Under the pieces are notes generated by a model. It saw nothing but the letters and a program-made list of their open reading frames with translations, had not been told where the DNA came from and made no database searches. From Candidatus Omnitrophota bacterium (GTDB lineage: Bacteria > Omnitrophota > Gorgyraeia > Duberdicusellales > 4484-171), in NCBI GenBank assembly GCA_043823745.1, contig JBDRAN010000006.1:40176-104175 (forward strand): a stretch of DNA of 64,000 nucleotides. Reading direction: 5' to 3'. Position 1 is the first letter of the stretch, and each line of letters opens with the position of its first letter. Below, in pieces: positions 38,179 through 49,633 of this stretch. Made by a program: the position numbers and the translations under genes.

Positions 38179-39549
38179 ATGAAAGTTGCGCTATGTTCTT
38201 CCGAAGTTTTCCCGTTCGCAAAAACCGGAGGGCTTGCTGACGTTACCGGAGCGCTGCCGGCGGCACTTGCAAAAGAAAAAGTTCAGGTAAAAGTATTTAT
38301 GCCCCTCTATAAAAACATAAAGCCTCAAAAGATGTTTGCCGACTACGGCCTCACCAAACAGGGCACCGTTGACTTTTATTTCGTCAAGAATGATAATTAT
38401 TTTTCACGCGATGCTCTTTACGGAACCCCTCAAGGGGATTATCCGGATAACCTTGAACGCTTTTCTTTTTTCAGCAAACAGGTACTTGAGATCTTAAAGA
38501 AAATAAAATTCTCTCCTGATGTGCTCCACGCCAATGACTGGCAAGCGGCACTGATCAATATTTACGCCAAAACAATCTATAAAAAAGACCCCTTTTTCAA
38601 GAACAGCCGCTGCGCGCTGACTATTCATAATCTCGCATACCAAGGTCTCTTTGAAAAAGAAAAATATCCACTTCTGGGCCTTTCATGGGATTATTTCAAT
38701 ATGCATCAGCTTGAATTTTACGGAAAGATAAATCTTTTAAAAGGCGGTATCGCTTTCTCCGATGTCGTCAACACCGTCAGCCCCACCTACGCAAAGCAAA
38801 TCCAGACACCCGACTATGGGTGCGGCCTGGAAGGCGTACTGCGAGAAAAACGAGAGCATCTATGCGGAATTTTAAACGCCATTGACTATACGATCTGGAA
38901 CCCTAAGACCGATACGCACATTTATAAGAAGTTTTCCGTGCTTAATCTTGAGGCAAAGCTTGAAAACAAAAAAGCCTTTCAGAAAGCCCTTGGCCTTACC
39001 GTAAACAAAGACACGCTGATGCTGGGCATGGTTACGCGGCTTGCGGAGCAAAAAGGTGTGGACATCCTCTCTGAAAGCATGGAGTACATCCTGAAAAAAC
39101 ACCAGGTGGTCATCCTTGGCTTTGGCGATGAAAAATACCATAAGACACTGAAAAAACTTGCGGTAAAATATAAAAAATCATTTTCCCTTAATTTAACGTT
39201 TGACGAGACACTCGCGCATCGAATTTATGCAGCGTGCGACTGTTTCCTCATGCCATCGCGCTTTGAACCCTGCGGCCTGTCGCAGATGATGAGCTACAAA
39301 TACGCCACGATTCCAATTGTGCATCATACCGGTGGCCTGGTAGATACGGTCGTTGACACGAGCTTGAAAGGCGGCGGATTCGTGTTCTATAAGTACTCAA
39401 GTAACGATTTAATCACGTGCATCGAGCGCGCGTACGCGCTGTTTAAAAATCGAAAAGAATGGTCCGCGTTACTTAAAAAAGTAAGCCGCTTCAACTTTTC
39501 CTGGGAAGCAACGGCGAAGAAGTATATTGAGATGTACGCGAAACTCTAA
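38179..39549 (+). CDS. glgA: Glycogen synthase (GT5)
   Basis: KTGGLADV, HANDWQ, TIHNLAYQG, PSRFEPCGLSQ. Confidence 0.94.
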   Translation: MKVALCSSEVFPFAKTGGLADVTGALPAALAKEKVQVKVFMPLYKNIKPQKMFADYGLTKQGTVDFYFVKNDNYFSRDALYGTPQGDYPDNLERFSFFSKQVLEILKKIKFSPDVLHANDWQAALINIYAKTIYKKDPFFKNSRCALTIHNLAYQGLFEKEKYPLLGLSWDYFNMHQLEFYGKINLLKGGIAFSDVVNTVSPTYAKQIQTPDYGCGLEGVLREKREHLCGILNAIDYTIWNPKTDTHIYKKFSVLNLEAKLENKKAFQKALGLTVNKDTLMLGMVTRLAEQKGVDILSESMEYILKKHQVVILGFGDEKYHKTLKKLAVKYKKSFSLNLTFDETLAHRIYAACDCFLMPSRFEPCGLSQMMSYKYATIPIVHHTGGLVDTVVDTSLKGGGFVFYKYSSNDLITCIERAYALFKNRKEWSALLKKVSRFNFSWEATAKKYIEMYAKL

Positions 39550-39568
39550 TCCTAAATTTTATTTGACT

Positions 39569-39639
39569 ACGTATCACGTATCAAGTAGCACGTAGCAGGT
39601 CATCAAAGACGTGATACGTGTTACGTGCTACCTGATACT
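39569..39639. repeat. Heptamer-periodic inverted repeat (GTATCAC/GTGATAC type)
   Basis: gtatcac gtatcaa gtagcac gtagcag ... gtgatac gtgttac gtgctac ctgatac. Confidence 0.75.
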
Positions 39640-39661
39640 TTTTGGAAAAGGTTTATTAGTA

Positions 39662-40315
39662 ATGCCTGTCTTTGCGATAACCGGAAATCCTGGTTGCGGT
39701 AAGAGTACCGTGTGTGCGATGCTCGCAAAACGCGGGGCGCTGATCTTTGACGCCGATGCGTATGTCCACCGACTGTATCAAAATCGTAAAAGCCCGGTGT
39801 ACAAAAAAGTCGCAACCGTATTCCCGCAGACACTGACCCGGGGCGTTATTGACCGCCGCGCCTTAGGGGCGTTTGTCTTTAATAAACCCAAAGCGCGGAT
39901 GCGTTTAGAAGGTATTGTGCATCCGCCGGTTATTAAAGCGTTGCGGGCCTGGTGTCTTAAGGCGCGCTCAAAGAAACTCATTGCGCTCGCGGAAGTACCG
40001 CTTCTTTTTGAGAAGAAGTTAGAAAATATTTTCGATGGGGTAATTGTAGTGCGCGCGCCCCTTAAGACGCTGCGTGAGCGCACAAAGAAACGGAAAGGAT
40101 ATTCGGTTCGTTCTGCACGCGATCGGTTTTCGTTGTATCTGCCGATGGCTACCAAAATTAGACAAGCTGATTTCATTATCGATAACAGCGCATCGCGCGC
40201 GCGGTTATATAAAGAAATCGATATAGCCTGGAAAAAAATACAAACATATACATCGCGCGAAAAAAACTCATTACGGTCAATCACTAAGGAGGTTTCGTAT
40301 GGATGCGACCATTGA
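39662..40315 (+). CDS. coaE: Dephospho-CoA kinase
   Basis: [34 protein letters not shown]. Confidence 0.92.
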   Translation: MPVFAITGNPGCGKSTVCAMLAKRGALIFDADAYVHRLYQNRKSPVYKKVATVFPQTLTRGVIDRRALGAFVFNKPKARMRLEGIVHPPVIKALRAWCLKARSKKLIALAEVPLLFEKKLENIFDGVIVVRAPLKTLRERTKKRKGYSVRSARDRFSLYLPMATKIRQADFIIDNSASRARLYKEIDIAWKKIQTYTSREKNSLRSITKEVSYGCDH

Positions 40316-41558
40316 TATCGCGGTTTTAAAGGAAATGAAAATTTCGGAATTAAACAAGATGGCCAAAGATATGGACATCAACGGCTTCAGCGGCCTAAAA
40401 AAACAAGAGCTGATTTTTAAGATCCTGCAGGCCAAGGCGGAAAAAGAAGGGCTCATGTTTGGAAACGGAGTCCTTGAAATACTGCCCGAGGGCTTTGGCT
40501 TCCTACGTTCGCCCAACTACAACTATTTACCGTCACCCGATGACATTTATGTTTCTCCCTCGCAAATACGCAAATTCTCTCTGCGCACGGGAGATACGGT
40601 CAGCGGCCAAATACGCCCACCCAAGGAGAACGAAAAATATTTTGCGCTCCTTAAGGTCGAAGCGGTGAACATGGAGCACCCCGAAGAGGCGCGTAACCGG
40701 GTGCTGTTTGACAACTTAACGCCGATTTACCCGAAAGAGCGCCTCATTCTTGAAACGACGCCTGAAGAGCTCTCTACGAGAATCCTGGACCTGCTTTCAC
40801 CGATCGGCAAGGGCCAACGCGGCCTGATCGTCGCGCCTCCCTACAGCGGGAAAACAGTGCTTCTTCAAAAGGTAGCCAATGCTATAATGAAAAATTTCCC
40901 GGAAACAATCCTCATGGTGCTGCTCATTGATGAACGTCCGGAGGAAGTCACGGAAATGAAAACCATGGTCAAGGGTGAAGTTATCAGCTCCACCTTCGAT
41001 GAGCCGGCCCAGCGGCACGTGCAAGTGGCAGAAATTGTACTTGAGAAAGCAAAGCGCCTGGTCGAGCACAAAAAGGATGTGATTATCCTCCTCGATAGCA
41101 TTACACGTCTTGCGCGCGCCTACAATATTGTGGAACCGCACTCGGGACGAATACTTTCCGGCGGAATTGACTCCAACGCCCTTCATAAGCCTAAACGGTT
41201 CTTCGGAGCAGCACGGGCGATGGAAGAAGGGGGGTCCCTTACGATTATCGCGACCTCATTGGTCGACACCGGATCGCGCATGGACGATGTCATTTTTGAG
41301 GAGTTCAAAGGAACCGGCAACATGGAAATTAATATGGATCGCAACATTTTTCAGCGAAGGCTATACCCGTCGATCGATATTAAACGCTCCAACACCCGGC
41401 GCGAAGAACTGCTTATCCATCCTGATGAGCTCCAAAGAATCTGGATCTTACGCAAAGCCCTAAACGAGCTCAGTTCGGCGGAGGCGCTGGAGCTGTTGAT
41501 CGAACGGCTGTCGAAGACTAAAAACAACGTAGAGTTTCTCCTGACGCTGAATAAATAA
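40299..41558 (+). CDS. rho: Transcription termination factor Rho
   Basis: [41 protein letters not shown]. Confidence 0.97.
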   Translation: MDATIDIAVLKEMKISELNKMAKDMDINGFSGLKKQELIFKILQAKAEKEGLMFGNGVLEILPEGFGFLRSPNYNYLPSPDDIYVSPSQIRKFSLRTGDTVSGQIRPPKENEKYFALLKVEAVNMEHPEEARNRVLFDNLTPIYPKERLILETTPEELSTRILDLLSPIGKGQRGLIVAPPYSGKTVLLQKVANAIMKNFPETILMVLLIDERPEEVTEMKTMVKGEVISSTFDEPAQRHVQVAEIVLEKAKRLVEHKKDVIILLDSITRLARAYNIVEPHSGRILSGGIDSNALHKPKRFFGAARAMEEGGSLTIIATSLVDTGSRMDDVIFEEFKGTGNMEINMDRNIFQRRLYPSIDIKRSNTRREELLIHPDELQRIWILRKALNELSSAEALELLIERLSKTKNNVEFLLTLNK

Positions 41559-41786
41559 ATGAAGCAGCCCCGGTGTCATGGCGGGGCGTAGCTGAATTTA
41601 CCCCGCCCTTTTGGTCAAAGGTAACGTTCGGCTAAGGTAAAGTTTTGATTTACAAATTCGTAAATTAGTATATATTTTAAGGACTATGGGAACCTCGCCT
41701 TAAAAGGGCGGGGTTAATTCGCGGACGACAAAAAGCCTACGACTTACGTTCATTCGCGGGCTCATTCCGTAAGTCGTCCGCTCATT
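41558..41786 (+). repeat. Four-way-junction structured intergenic element, copy 3 (rho-rpmE)
   Basis: AATGA|agc..gct|GAATT..AATTC|gcggac..gtccgc|TCATT. Confidence 0.8.
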
Positions 41787-41801
41787 AAAGGAGGGTCTAT
41801 C

Positions 41802-42008
41802 ATGAAAGACAAAATTCACCCCAAGTATGAATCTGCCACCATTATGTGCGCATGCGGTAACGTCGTGCACACCCGTTCAACAAAAAAAACGTTGAACGTT
41901 GAAATCTGCTCAAAATGCCATCCCTTTTTTACCGGCAAACACAAATTTGTCGATTCAGAGGGACGAGTAGATAAGTTCATCAAGAAATACGCAAAGAAGA
42001 AATCGTAA
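41802..42008 (+). CDS. rpmE: 50S ribosomal protein L31 (Zn-binding type)
   Basis: [29 protein letters not shown]. Confidence 0.96.
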   Translation: MKDKIHPKYESATIMCACGNVVHTRSTKKTLNVEICSKCHPFFTGKHKFVDSEGRVDKFIKKYAKKKS

Positions 42009-42107
42009 GGCATTGCACCTGGTACGCGCCACGGCTTAAGGGGCCCGTTAACGGTCAGGGACATCGAGAATCCGTTCCGGCCAGCGTCGCATAGCACACG
42101 GCACTCC

Positions 42108-43178
42108 ATGATTAACTACGACAAGCTTAAAGAAGAACATGCACTGGTTTCCGAGCAGCTTTCGCATGCCGCCGTCCTGACGAACCGAGAGAAATATCAG
42201 CACCTAACCCGGCGTTTTTCGTTTCTTGAAAAAATAATGGCGATGCTGAAGCTGCGTGATGAACTGTTCGCGCAAAAAGCCCATCTCAAAGAGATCTTAA
42301 CCGTTCCCAAAGAGGAAGAAGAGGTTAAGCATATGGCACGCGAGGAACTCGCGGCGGTTGAGAATAAAATCAGCGCGCTCCAAGAGGGTATCGAAGAGCG
42401 GCTCTTTGAAGAAGATGAACCCGAAGGTGACGTTCTCGTTGAAATTAGGGCTGCTGCCGGAGGGGAAGAATCAGCCCTTTTTGCGGCAACCCTTTTAAAG
42501 ATGTACTCTAAATATATCGAGAGAAAAGGCTGGAACTTCGAACTTTTGAGTTCGCACGCCACGGATATCAAAGGCTACAAAGAAGTCATTTTTTCGGTAC
42601 AGGGCAAGGGGGCCTACACCAATTTAAAATTTGAAAGCGGCGTACACCGAGTGCAACGTGTGCCCGCGACGGAGGCAAGCGGCAGGATTCATACGTCAAC
42701 CGTTACGGTCGCGGTACTCATTGAGCCGCAGGAAGTTGAGCTCAAGCTTGGCCCCGAAGATCTTAGAATCGATACCTATCGCGCCGGAGGAGCCGGGGGC
42801 CAGCATGTAAACCGTACCGATTCTGCCGTGCGCATGACGCATCTCCCAACCGGCATCGTAGTCTGTTGCCAAGATGAACGCTCCCAGTTAAAAAACAGAA
42901 CAAAAGCGCTCAAGATAATGAAAATACGTATTATGGATAAGATGGAACGCGAGCAAACAGCTAAAATCACGAGTGCCCGGCGAGTACAGGTTGGAACGGG
43001 TGAGCGCAGCGAAAAGATACGCACCTACAATTTCCCCGAACGCCGGATCACAGACCACCGTATCAACTTCACCACATACCGCTTAGAAGAGGTCCTTGAG
43101 GGTGACCTTGCGGAGCTTTTTAAAGCGCTGACCCACGAGGAACGAAAAAAACTATATGAGCTTAAAGGATTGGTGTAA
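42108..43178 (+). CDS. prfA: Peptide chain release factor 1
   Basis: VQRVPATE (PxT), GGQ, RTYNFPE. Confidence 0.96.
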   Translation: MINYDKLKEEHALVSEQLSHAAVLTNREKYQHLTRRFSFLEKIMAMLKLRDELFAQKAHLKEILTVPKEEEEVKHMAREELAAVENKISALQEGIEERLFEEDEPEGDVLVEIRAAAGGEESALFAATLLKMYSKYIERKGWNFELLSSHATDIKGYKEVIFSVQGKGAYTNLKFESGVHRVQRVPATEASGRIHTSTVTVAVLIEPQEVELKLGPEDLRIDTYRAGGAGGQHVNRTDSAVRMTHLPTGIVVCCQDERSQLKNRTKALKIMKIRIMDKMEREQTAKITSARRVQVGTGERSEKIRTYNFPERRITDHRINFTTYRLEEVLEGDLAELFKALTHEERKKLYELKGLV

Positions 43179-43950
43179 AAAATACGAGCGGGACTTCAGC
43201 CCGCGTGACTTACACTTTCTCATGAAACACTGGCCGGCCGCCGCGGACCAAACTCCTCTTGATCGAGCCTCCTGCGTCATGCTTGAAGATGTAAGGACCC
43301 GGTACGGCCGCGGTGAACCCATGGCCTACATTATTGGAAAAGAAGAGTTCTACGGCAGGGAATTTCTGGTTAACGCGCATACACTTATCCCGCGTCCGGA
43401 AACAGAAATTATCGTAGAACGCGCTGGTGATCTCATCAAACATGCGGGCCTCAAGCGTATCCTCGATCTTGGCTGCGGATCCGGCAACATTGCCATAACG
43501 ATTCAAAAACGCTCTTCGGAAACCATTGAGGTCGTTGGCGCCGACATCAGTATGCAGGCACTTCGGGTAAGTCACCATAACGCGCGCAAACATGAGAGCC
43601 CGGTTATGCTGGTGCAGACAGATCTCTTCGCATGCTTTAAGCACCATGTTTTTGACATGATCGTAGCGAATCCTCCGTATGTTGAAGCGGAGTACCTGGC
43701 ACAAAGCTCTTCGCTCGCGCATGAACCGCGCGTCGCGCTCTGGGCAGGCACCGATGGTCTCTCCTTTATACGGACTATTATCGAGAAAGGGTATCGTTAT
43801 GTGACCCCCCACGGATATGTACTGATCGAGGTTGGGGCGCAACAAAAAGATGCAATTAATAAACTTCTTGATACAATACAGGTATACCGTAATCGAGAAT
43901 GGATCACGGATTACAGCAATAACGACCGGGGGATATTACTCCAAATATAA
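43156..43950 (+). CDS. prmC: Release factor glutamine methyltransferase
   Basis: [20 protein letters not shown]. Confidence 0.93.
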   Translation: MSLKDWCKKYERDFSPRDLHFLMKHWPAAADQTPLDRASCVMLEDVRTRYGRGEPMAYIIGKEEFYGREFLVNAHTLIPRPETEIIVERAGDLIKHAGLKRILDLGCGSGNIAITIQKRSSETIEVVGADISMQALRVSHHNARKHESPVMLVQTDLFACFKHHVFDMIVANPPYVEAEYLAQSSSLAHEPRVALWAGTDGLSFIRTIIEKGYRYVTPHGYVLIEVGAQQKDAINKLLDTIQVYRNREWITDYSNNDRGILLQI

Positions 43951-43953
43951 TCT

Positions 43954-45216
43954 ATGGATAAATTTGTCTTACATAAATCAATACTTAAAGGAACCGTTGT
44001 TATCGGGGGTTCAAAAAACGCGGCGCTTCCGCTGATGGCTGCAACAATCCTGACGGATGAGGAATGTGTCATCAAGAATGTTCCTGACCTCATGGATATC
44101 CGCACCATGCTCAAAATCCTTGAGGTGTTGGGCAAAGAAGTTTCCTTGAATGCCGGCATCGTTACGGTCCGCGCTACCAAAAAACAGGGGTTTGTCGCGC
44201 CTTACCGGCTTGTGCGAACTATGCGCGCATCGTTTTGCTGCCTTGGGCCTCTTCTGGCCAAGCGCAAAAAAGCAAAAGTAAGCTTACCCGGGGGTTGCAT
44301 TATTGGAGTACGCCCCGTGGATCTGCATATCAAAGGTTTAACGGAACTGGGGGCGAACATCAATGTTGAGAAAGGTTATTGTATCGGTGACGGCAAAGCG
44401 TTGCGCGGCACACACATTTATTTAGGCGGTGCTTTTGGCTCATCGGTGCTTGCCACCGCCAACGTCATGATGGCAGCAACGCTTGCGGAGGGAGAAACAG
44501 TCATTGAATACGCGGCGTGTGAACCGGAAATAGAAAGTCTTGCGATATTTCTAAAACGGATGGGCGCGGACATCTCCGGCGAGGGAACGCCGATGGTGCG
44601 TATTCGCGGAGTAAAAAAACTTGCCGGGGGCACGTTTGAGAACATTTCAGACCGCATCGAAGCAGGAACCTTTATCGCGGCAGCGTTAGCCACAAATTCT
44701 ACAATCATCATCCAGGGAGTAAACCCATTTCATTTAACCTCGGTGCTTGAGGCGGCACGTAAAATCGGTTCTGATATTCGTATCGACAACAACGCAACCA
44801 TCATGATCCAGCCAAAGACAATACTTAAACCTTTTAATATCGTGACGCTTCCCTATCCGGGGTTTCCTACGGACCTGCAGGCTCAATTTATGGTTGCGCT
44901 ATGCTTCGCGAAGGGAATTTCTCTGATTACGGAAAAAATCTACCCTGATCGTTTTATGCATGTCGCGGAATTAAATCGTATGGGGGCACATATCCAGCGC
45001 AGCGGTCCCTACGCAATCATTGAGGGGGGCGGAGCGCTCTACGGAGCCGAGGTAATGGCTTCCGATTTACGCGCCTCGGCGGCGCTGGTCATCGCAGCAC
45101 TTGCAGCGGAAGATAAAACCGAGATATTCCGTATTTACCATATTGACCGGGGGTATGAACACATCGAAGAGAAACTACGCGCGCTCGGAGCAAAAATAAA
45201 GAGAGAGAAGCAGTAA
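43954..45216 (+). CDS. murA: UDP-N-acetylglucosamine 1-carboxyvinyltransferase
   Basis: GSKNAALP, MRAS, PGGCIIGVRPVDLH, PGFPTDLQ, DLRA. Confidence 0.96.
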   Translation: MDKFVLHKSILKGTVVIGGSKNAALPLMAATILTDEECVIKNVPDLMDIRTMLKILEVLGKEVSLNAGIVTVRATKKQGFVAPYRLVRTMRASFCCLGPLLAKRKKAKVSLPGGCIIGVRPVDLHIKGLTELGANINVEKGYCIGDGKALRGTHIYLGGAFGSSVLATANVMMAATLAEGETVIEYAACEPEIESLAIFLKRMGADISGEGTPMVRIRGVKKLAGGTFENISDRIEAGTFIAAALATNSTIIIQGVNPFHLTSVLEAARKIGSDIRIDNNATIMIQPKTILKPFNIVTLPYPGFPTDLQAQFMVALCFAKGISLITEKIYPDRFMHVAELNRMGAHIQRSGPYAIIEGGGALYGAEVMASDLRASAALVIAALAAEDKTEIFRIYHIDRGYEHIEEKLRALGAKIKREKQ

Positions 45217-45287
45217 CAAGTACCACGTACCAGGTAACACGTCAAATAAACGTGATACGTGATACGTGCTACATGATACGTAGATAC
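45213..45287. repeat. Heptamer-periodic inverted repeat (same family as 39569)
   Basis: gtaacaa gtaccac gtaccag gtaacac ... gtgatac gtgatac gtgctac atgatac. Confidence 0.75.
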
Positions 45288-45288
45288 C

Positions 45289-45852
45289 ATGGTATTAATG
45301 ATCGACAATTACGACTCGTTCACCTATAACCTGGTTCAATATTTTCAGGAACTGAATCAGCAGGTAGTCGTGTATCGCAACGACGCGATAGATCTCGCCG
45401 GCATCGTGAGGCTTAAAGCCAGCCGCGTAGTGATTTCTCCCGGCCCCGGAAGACCACAGGATGCGGGTATCAGCTGCGCTGTTATCCGTGCCTTATACAC
45501 AACGGTACCTATCCTGGGTGTATGTCTTGGGCATCAGTGTATCGGATACGCATTTGGCGCTAAAATTATCCGGGCTCCGGAAATCATGCACGGCAAAACA
45601 TCGCTTGTGTATCATACCGGTTCCGGAATATTTAAGAATGTAAAAAACCCCTTCACCGCAACCCGTTATCATTCACTGGTGATTGATAAAAAAACGGTTC
45701 CAACCGCATTGACGATCACCGCACGCACGCGGACCGGTGTGATTATGGGCGTGCGAGAAAAACGGTATCCGCTTTGGGGAGTACAATTTCATCCTGAATC
45801 GATACTGACCGGGGAAGGAAAGAAAATACTCGCTAATTTCTTACGCATATGA
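45289..45852 (+). CDS. trpG: Anthranilate synthase component II / glutamine amidotransferase
   Basis: IDNYDSFTYNL, SPGPG, GVCLGHQ, QFHPES. Confidence 0.9.
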   Translation: MVLMIDNYDSFTYNLVQYFQELNQQVVVYRNDAIDLAGIVRLKASRVVISPGPGRPQDAGISCAVIRALYTTVPILGVCLGHQCIGYAFGAKIIRAPEIMHGKTSLVYHTGSGIFKNVKNPFTATRYHSLVIDKKTVPTALTITARTRTGVIMGVREKRYPLWGVQFHPESILTGEGKKILANFLRI

Positions 45853-46892
45853 TTAAAGAAGCAATCGTAAGCCTATTTCAACACAAAGACCTCTCAAGGG
45901 CATGCGCGCAGGAAGCGTTCGAAGAAATTCTTTCTCAAAAAGCAACCAATGCTCAAATTGCGGCATTCCTGGTCGCCCTTGCTGCCAAACAGGAGAAAGA
46001 AATCGAGATTACCGCGGCGGCACTGACGCTCCGGAAAAAAGCGATACGGGTAATCGCGCGGGAATCTTTCGTGGGCATCGAAAACACCGATGAGCCGATA
46101 TTCGACACCTGCGGTACCGGCGGCTCCGGCGTCAATAAATTCAATATTTCAACGGCAACGGCGTTTGTGGTAAGCGCCGCGGGCATTCGAGTGGCTAAGC
46201 ACGGTAATCGTGCCATGACCTCCAGCTGCGGAAGCGCTGATGTATTGGAGGCGCTGGGAGTCACCGTGACGGCAGAACCACGCATCATGGGGGATGCGAT
46301 ACGCGCGGTCGGCGTCGGTTTCCTCTTTGCTCCCCTTTACCATCCGGCACTGGCCGGTATTGCGCAGATTCGCCGGGAAATCGGCATACGTACTATTTTC
46401 AATATCCTCGGGCCCCTCTGTAATCCCGCGGGAGCCACGCATCAACTGCTCGGAGTCTACCGTAAAGAGCTCCTGGGAACCATGGCACGCGTTCTTCGAG
46501 CCCTTGGCACGCGCCGTGCGTTCGTCGTACACAGCAGTGATCTTAAAGATGAGATTTCTCTTTCAAGTACCACCGCCGTCGCGCATCTTCATAAAAATAA
46601 AATCGAAAAGATTTCGATACGCCCGTCCGATTTCGGCTTAAAAAAAATAAAGATTAAAGACATCGAGGTTGGGAACGCGAAAGAAAGCGCGCGCGTCATT
46701 ACGGGTGTCCTGGGCGGTAAACGATCGGCTGCGCGCGAAATTGTATTAGCGAATGCCGGGGCTTCTTTGTATATTCTCGGTTGCGTCGCAAACCTTAAAG
46801 AGGGCGCGCGCATTGCCGCAACCCTCATCGATACAGGCGCGGCGCAAAAAAAGCTCTTTGACTTAAAGGAGTTTATACGCTCCCATGCATAA
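45849..46892 (+). CDS. trpD: Anthranilate phosphoribosyltransferase
   Basis: DTCGTGG, NIST, KHGNR, RTIFNILGPL. Confidence 0.95.
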   Translation: MIKEAIVSLFQHKDLSRACAQEAFEEILSQKATNAQIAAFLVALAAKQEKEIEITAAALTLRKKAIRVIARESFVGIENTDEPIFDTCGTGGSGVNKFNISTATAFVVSAAGIRVAKHGNRAMTSSCGSADVLEALGVTVTAEPRIMGDAIRAVGVGFLFAPLYHPALAGIAQIRREIGIRTIFNILGPLCNPAGATHQLLGVYRKELLGTMARVLRALGTRRAFVVHSSDLKDEISLSSTTAVAHLHKNKIEKISIRPSDFGLKKIKIKDIEVGNAKESARVITGVLGGKRSAAREIVLANAGASLYILGCVANLKEGARIAATLIDTGAAQKKLFDLKEFIRSHA

Positions 46893-47667
46893 TGTCCTTT
46901 CGTTGATCGTTGAAGCAGCCAAGAAAAGAGTCGCCGTGCTTACAAAAAACCGCGCGGCGATCCTTGCGTTGATCGATAAAGCTCCGGCACTTATTTCTTT
47001 TAAGAATGCGCTCTCGCGGCCGGGGAAAATGTCGATTATCGGCGAAGTAAAGCAAGCCTCTCCGGCGAGCGGGATCTTGCGAAAAGACTTCTCTCACCTG
47101 GCAATCGCGGCGACCTATGCGCGATACGGCATTAATGCGATCTCAGTCCTCACCGAAGAGGAGTTTTTTCTGGGGAAGATACAATATATCGAAGAAATTA
47201 AAAAAGAGACGCCGCTGCCTGTTCTGCGTAAAGATTTTATTCTCGATGAAATTCAGATTCTTGAGTCGCGCGCCGCAGGTGCCGATGCGGTACTTTTGAT
47301 TGCGGGGATCCTCTCGCACGAGAAACTTACAAAGCTATACGGATCCGCAAAAGAGCTGGGGATGGACGCATTGATTGAAGTGCATACCGAAAAAGAGCTG
47401 ACCCGGGCGATCACGCTGGGAGCCGATATCATCGGGATTAATAATCGTAACTTAAACACCTTGCAGGTCGATTTAACGACGACACAAAAGTTGATTCCCT
47501 TTATTCCGTCGGACACAATCAAAGTAAGCGAAAGCGGGATACAATCACTGAAAGATGTGCTCTGGCTTAAGGGTCTAGGCATACAGGCCATTCTGGTAGG
47601 TTCGGCCTTTATGAAGTCTGAAAATATTGAAGAAAAAGTAAAAGAGTTGCATATCGACCGCGACTAG
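46885..47667 (+). CDS. trpC: Indole-3-glycerol phosphate synthase
   Basis: EVKQASP, SVLTE, LRKDF, GINNRNL, SESGI. Confidence 0.95.
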   Translation: MHNVLSLIVEAAKKRVAVLTKNRAAILALIDKAPALISFKNALSRPGKMSIIGEVKQASPASGILRKDFSHLAIAATYARYGINAISVLTEEEFFLGKIQYIEEIKKETPLPVLRKDFILDEIQILESRAAGADAVLLIAGILSHEKLTKLYGSAKELGMDALIEVHTEKELTRAITLGADIIGINNRNLNTLQVDLTTTQKLIPFIPSDTIKVSESGIQSLKDVLWLKGLGIQAILVGSAFMKSENIEEKVKELHIDRD

Positions 47668-47683
47668 AAAGAGGGGGGTCCCT

Positions 47684-48313
47684 ATGATAAAAATAAAGAT
47701 CTGCGGCATCACCAATATACCTGATGCGCTGCTGTGCTCGCACGCAGGAGCAAACGCCTTAGGGTTCATTTTCTCCAAAAAAAGCCCGCGCTGCATTGGA
47801 GAGAAAGCCGCAAAAAAAATAATTGCGGAGCTCGATCCTTTTGTGAGTAAGGTGGGTGTTTTTCTTGACGAAGAAAAGAATACGGTAGCTGATATCGCGG
47901 GCGCACTGACCCTCGACGCACTTCAGTTCCACGGTTCAGAGTCTCCGGCCTATTGCGCTTTCTTCCGGGAACATTACAATGTAATAAAGGTATTCTTCGC
48001 GGGCAACAAGAACCTGAGAGAGACGGTCGCCCGTTACCATGTCGACGCATATTCTTTTGATATCAAATACGAAGATAAACTACGGGGCCTAAAAACATTA
48101 CCCAAAGATATGCTGCGAAACATTATCCCGTTCATCAAAATGGGCAAGCGGATTATTGTCTCGGGCGGCCTTACGGTTAACAACATTTCCTCGGCTCTTA
48201 AGATTAAGCCTTACGCCGTTGATGTTGCGAGCGGTCTTGAGGAATTTGTCGGAAAAAAAGATGCACTCCTGGTGCATCGATTTATCAATGAGGTTACCCA
48301 TGCAACTACCTGA
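47684..48313 (+). CDS. trpF: Phosphoribosylanthranilate isomerase
   Basis: KICGIT, QFHGSE, SGGL, DVASG. Confidence 0.93.
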   Translation: MIKIKICGITNIPDALLCSHAGANALGFIFSKKSPRCIGEKAAKKIIAELDPFVSKVGVFLDEEKNTVADIAGALTLDALQFHGSESPAYCAFFREHYNVIKVFFAGNKNLRETVARYHVDAYSFDIKYEDKLRGLKTLPKDMLRNIIPFIKMGKRIIVSGGLTVNNISSALKIKPYAVDVASGLEEFVGKKDALLVHRFINEVTHATT

Positions 48314-49484
48314 TGCGCGGGGATATTTTGGGGAGTTTGGAGGAAGCTTTGCGCCGGAAATACTGTATGCCTGCCTCCATGAACTTACCGTCGCGTACGC
48401 GCGGGCGCGTCGCGACGCCGCCTTTACGCGGGATCTGGCATACTACTTGAATGAATATGCCGGGCGGCCCACGCGGTTATACTATGCCCAGCGCCTAAGC
48501 GTATTCGCCGGGGCTTCGATATATTTAAAACGCGAAGACCTTCTGCATACCGGCGCGCATAAAATAAATAACTCACTCGGCCAGGCAATGCTTGCGCGCT
48601 TTATGGGTAAACGACGGATTATCGCCGAAACCGGCGCGGGGCAACACGGCGTCTCGGCTGCGACGGTCGCGAGGCTCTTTAACCTGACCTGCGATGTGTA
48701 TATGGGAGAAGAGGACATGCGTCGGCAACGCATGAATGTACTCCGCATGAACATGCTGGGCGCGCGCGTGATTCCCGTAACCACGGGCACAAAAACGCTT
48801 AAGGATGCCTGTAGCCAGGCGATGCGCGACTGGGTAACCAATGTACGTGATACGTATTATCTGACCGGCTCAACCTTCGGTCCTCATCCGTATCCGATGA
48901 TGGTTCGTAATTTTCAGTCGGTAATCGGAAAAGAAGCGCGTAAACAAATCTTACGGAAAGAAAAAAGATTACCTGATTATTTGGTGGCCTGCGTCGGTGG
49001 CGGGTCCAATGCCATGGGCCTTTTTTATCCTTTCTACAAGGATACGCGCGTGCACCTGGTCGGCGTTGAAGCCGGGGGCACCGGAAGATCCCACAATGCT
49101 GCATCCGTGTGCTATGGGGACGTCGGAATTTTGCATGGAGCAAAAACGTTCATTTTACAGGATCGCGATGGCCAGATACAAGATACCCATTCTGTTGCCG
49201 CGGGCCTCGACTATCCGGGCGTAGGGCCGGAACATGCATACTACCACGAGAGCGGCAGAGGACGCTACGTCGCGATCAAAGACAAGCAAGCGCTGCACGG
49301 TTTTAAGATTTTAAGTGAGCTTGAGGGAATTATCCCGGCGCTTGAAAGCGCTCATGCTATTTATTATGCCACGCGTCTCGCGAAAAAAAAGAAAGGAACG
49401 CTTATCGTGGTGTGCCTTTCGGGAAGAGGGGACAAGGACTTGGAGATAGTCCAAGAGCATATAGAAGCGGATAAACGCAGATAG
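48300..49484 (+). CDS. trpB: Tryptophan synthase beta chain
   Basis: [45 protein letters not shown]. Confidence 0.96.
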   Translation: MQLPDARGYFGEFGGSFAPEILYACLHELTVAYARARRDAAFTRDLAYYLNEYAGRPTRLYYAQRLSVFAGASIYLKREDLLHTGAHKINNSLGQAMLARFMGKRRIIAETGAGQHGVSAATVARLFNLTCDVYMGEEDMRRQRMNVLRMNMLGARVIPVTTGTKTLKDACSQAMRDWVTNVRDTYYLTGSTFGPHPYPMMVRNFQSVIGKEARKQILRKEKRLPDYLVACVGGGSNAMGLFYPFYKDTRVHLVGVEAGGTGRSHNAASVCYGDVGILHGAKTFILQDRDGQIQDTHSVAAGLDYPGVGPEHAYYHESGRGRYVAIKDKQALHGFKILSELEGIIPALESAHAIYYATRLAKKKKGTLIVVCLSGRGDKDLEIVQEHIEADKRR

Positions 49485-49630
49485 TAACGTGGAAAAGCGC
49501 GGATGAATAAAGAACCAATAATAATTACGGTACAGAAAATATCGATTTTATCTTACATGTCATAAAATAATGAGTAAATTTAATTTTATCCGCGTCGATC
49601 AGCGTTTTGATCCGCAGGAATCCGCTTCTA
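49462..49630. repeat. TAGAAGCGGA...TCCGCTTCTA element, copy A3, with an AT-rich insert
   Basis: Same TIRs; the left arm supplies the trpB C-terminus EADKRR*. Confidence 0.75.
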
Positions 49631-49633
49631 ATT

